From assembly GCA_032718475.1 (NCBI GenBank), contig JAUCBJ010006164.1, forward strand, positions 1-46,932: 46,932 nucleotides of DNA, read 5' to 3'. Source of the stretch: Nemertoderma westbladi. Taxonomy: Eukaryota; Animalia; Xenacoelomorpha. Below the pieces are notes generated by a model. The model searched no databases. It had not been told where the DNA came from and was given only the letters and a program-made list of their open reading frames with translations. The position numbers and the translations under genes are program-made. Positions within the stretch are counted from its first letter, which is position 1, and the number at the start of each line of letters is the position of its first letter. Positions 45,784-46,932 of the stretch are shown here, one piece after another.

Positions 45784-45918
45784 GAGGTCCGCCAGTGCAC
45801 AATCTTGAACTTTGGCAGCCTCATGGAGTGAATAAGCATGGTGGACAGCCCATGACTTTCTTGAGACGCCTCTTAAAGGACACTGGCCTTGAAGATGCGG
45901 ATAATTTCGCGAAAGCCA
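45784..45918 (+). mobile_element. RTE 3' end fragment
   Basis: TGGCAGCCTCATGGAGTGAATAAGCATGGTGGACAGCCC...AAAGGACACTGGCCTT; same family as 24081-24364. Confidence 0.75.
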
Positions 45919-46405
45919 ATGCATGCTACATTGGTTCATGCCAATTGTTGATTGCATTGTGGTGGGAAAAATAAATTTGTTGAGCCAGCATAGCATCCCA
46001 ATTTGCAGCTTCAAAGCAGCAGTCCGATTATAGTAGTATATTATCCTGTCTATGACCAGAAATAAGACTGTCCACGATTTATTATAACGAGAATCATCGG
46101 GTTAAAGTGCAGTGTGTAGGAGGTAAATGATTATAAGAAGCATAACTATTCTAGAATTCTCTAGAATCGTGCTCGTGCTAAAAACGTGCTTGTGCTCGTG
46201 CTTCGCTCGCGCTAAAAACACTCGCTCATCTTCATTAGTATAAAACTTCAACAATTCGGACAGAATAGTTACCTTTCGCGTAATTGAAAATGATTGAAAG
46301 AACGCGTTGCTTTACATTTGAATCGAATAATAATAGGCCCTTTTTTTAGTTTAGGACTATTTATGGACTTATTAGGACTATTTTATATTTCTATTTTATT
46401 ATCCT

Positions 46406-46932
46406 ATATTCATAACGGTGCATAGCTAATTTTAAACTGTGAGGGGGCAATGCATACTAGTGGTGGGCTGAGGGATTGCATCCAAGATGGGTGGACATGA
46501 ACTGGAAAATATTGCAATCAACTTCTCAAATAAATTTAATTAATTCTGTATCTTGTTTAACAACCATCACCATTAATATATCAAAGATGATAATGTTTGG
46601 TACATAAATTTAATATTAGATCAATCACCTTTACGTGGTTGGGACGCATATTGGATCTTTGTTCTCAAACAGGAGATTCAATAATTATAATTAAATTCAA
46701 TAAATTTCAATATTCTAGTTCATGCGATAAGATTTGTTTGCTATCTGGCAAATAGATGTACAACATAATATAATTGTTTTGTCCGGCAAAAATGAACACC
46801 CAAACACCAAAACATCAATATGAAATCGCTAAAGCAATTTAGAATGAATTCAATCTGAACACACAGAATTCAAATGAATGCAGCATTGAAATAGTGAAGT
46901 TTTGAAGAATTTATTTTCATGTAAGCAGTCTG
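46406..46932 (-). repeat. Arm 2 of the inverted duplication of the ALDH3 3' flank (runs off the window)
   Basis: Reverse complement aligns with 14638-15050 + 15720-15844, with scattered substitutions and small indels. Confidence 0.9.

Overview
AT-rich, repeat-dense eukaryotic (metazoan, probably marine invertebrate; taxon is inference) genomic window, not prokaryotic. Two host loci can be read. (1) An intronless ALDH3/fatty-aldehyde-dehydrogenase-like locus (12841-14349, +) is broken by two indels at slippage-prone sites; its 3' flank recurs in inverted orientation at the window end, which predicts a second tail-to-tail copy just outside the window. (2) A 7-exon gene that the ORF track shows only in fragments, join(21641..21716,25624..25758,27816..27944,29436..29576,34894..35147,44625..44823,44914..44930), splices in frame to a 316-aa secreted protein: signal peptide, three ShKT domains and an F-type (fucose-binding) lectin domain. 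The rest is mobile DNA: a TSD-flanked RTE LINE, a CR1-group LINE with a 934-codon ORF, several RTE fragments, a CRE-type RLE retroelement with a 5' inversion, a truncated hATm transposon, MITEs, a Helentron-associated element, a tRNA-SINE, Penelope-type hammerhead remnants, minisatellites, and a TSD-flanked composite insertion carrying a decayed zinc-finger/acidic/coiled-coil ORF. All calls come from reading the sequence by eye; no database searches were run.
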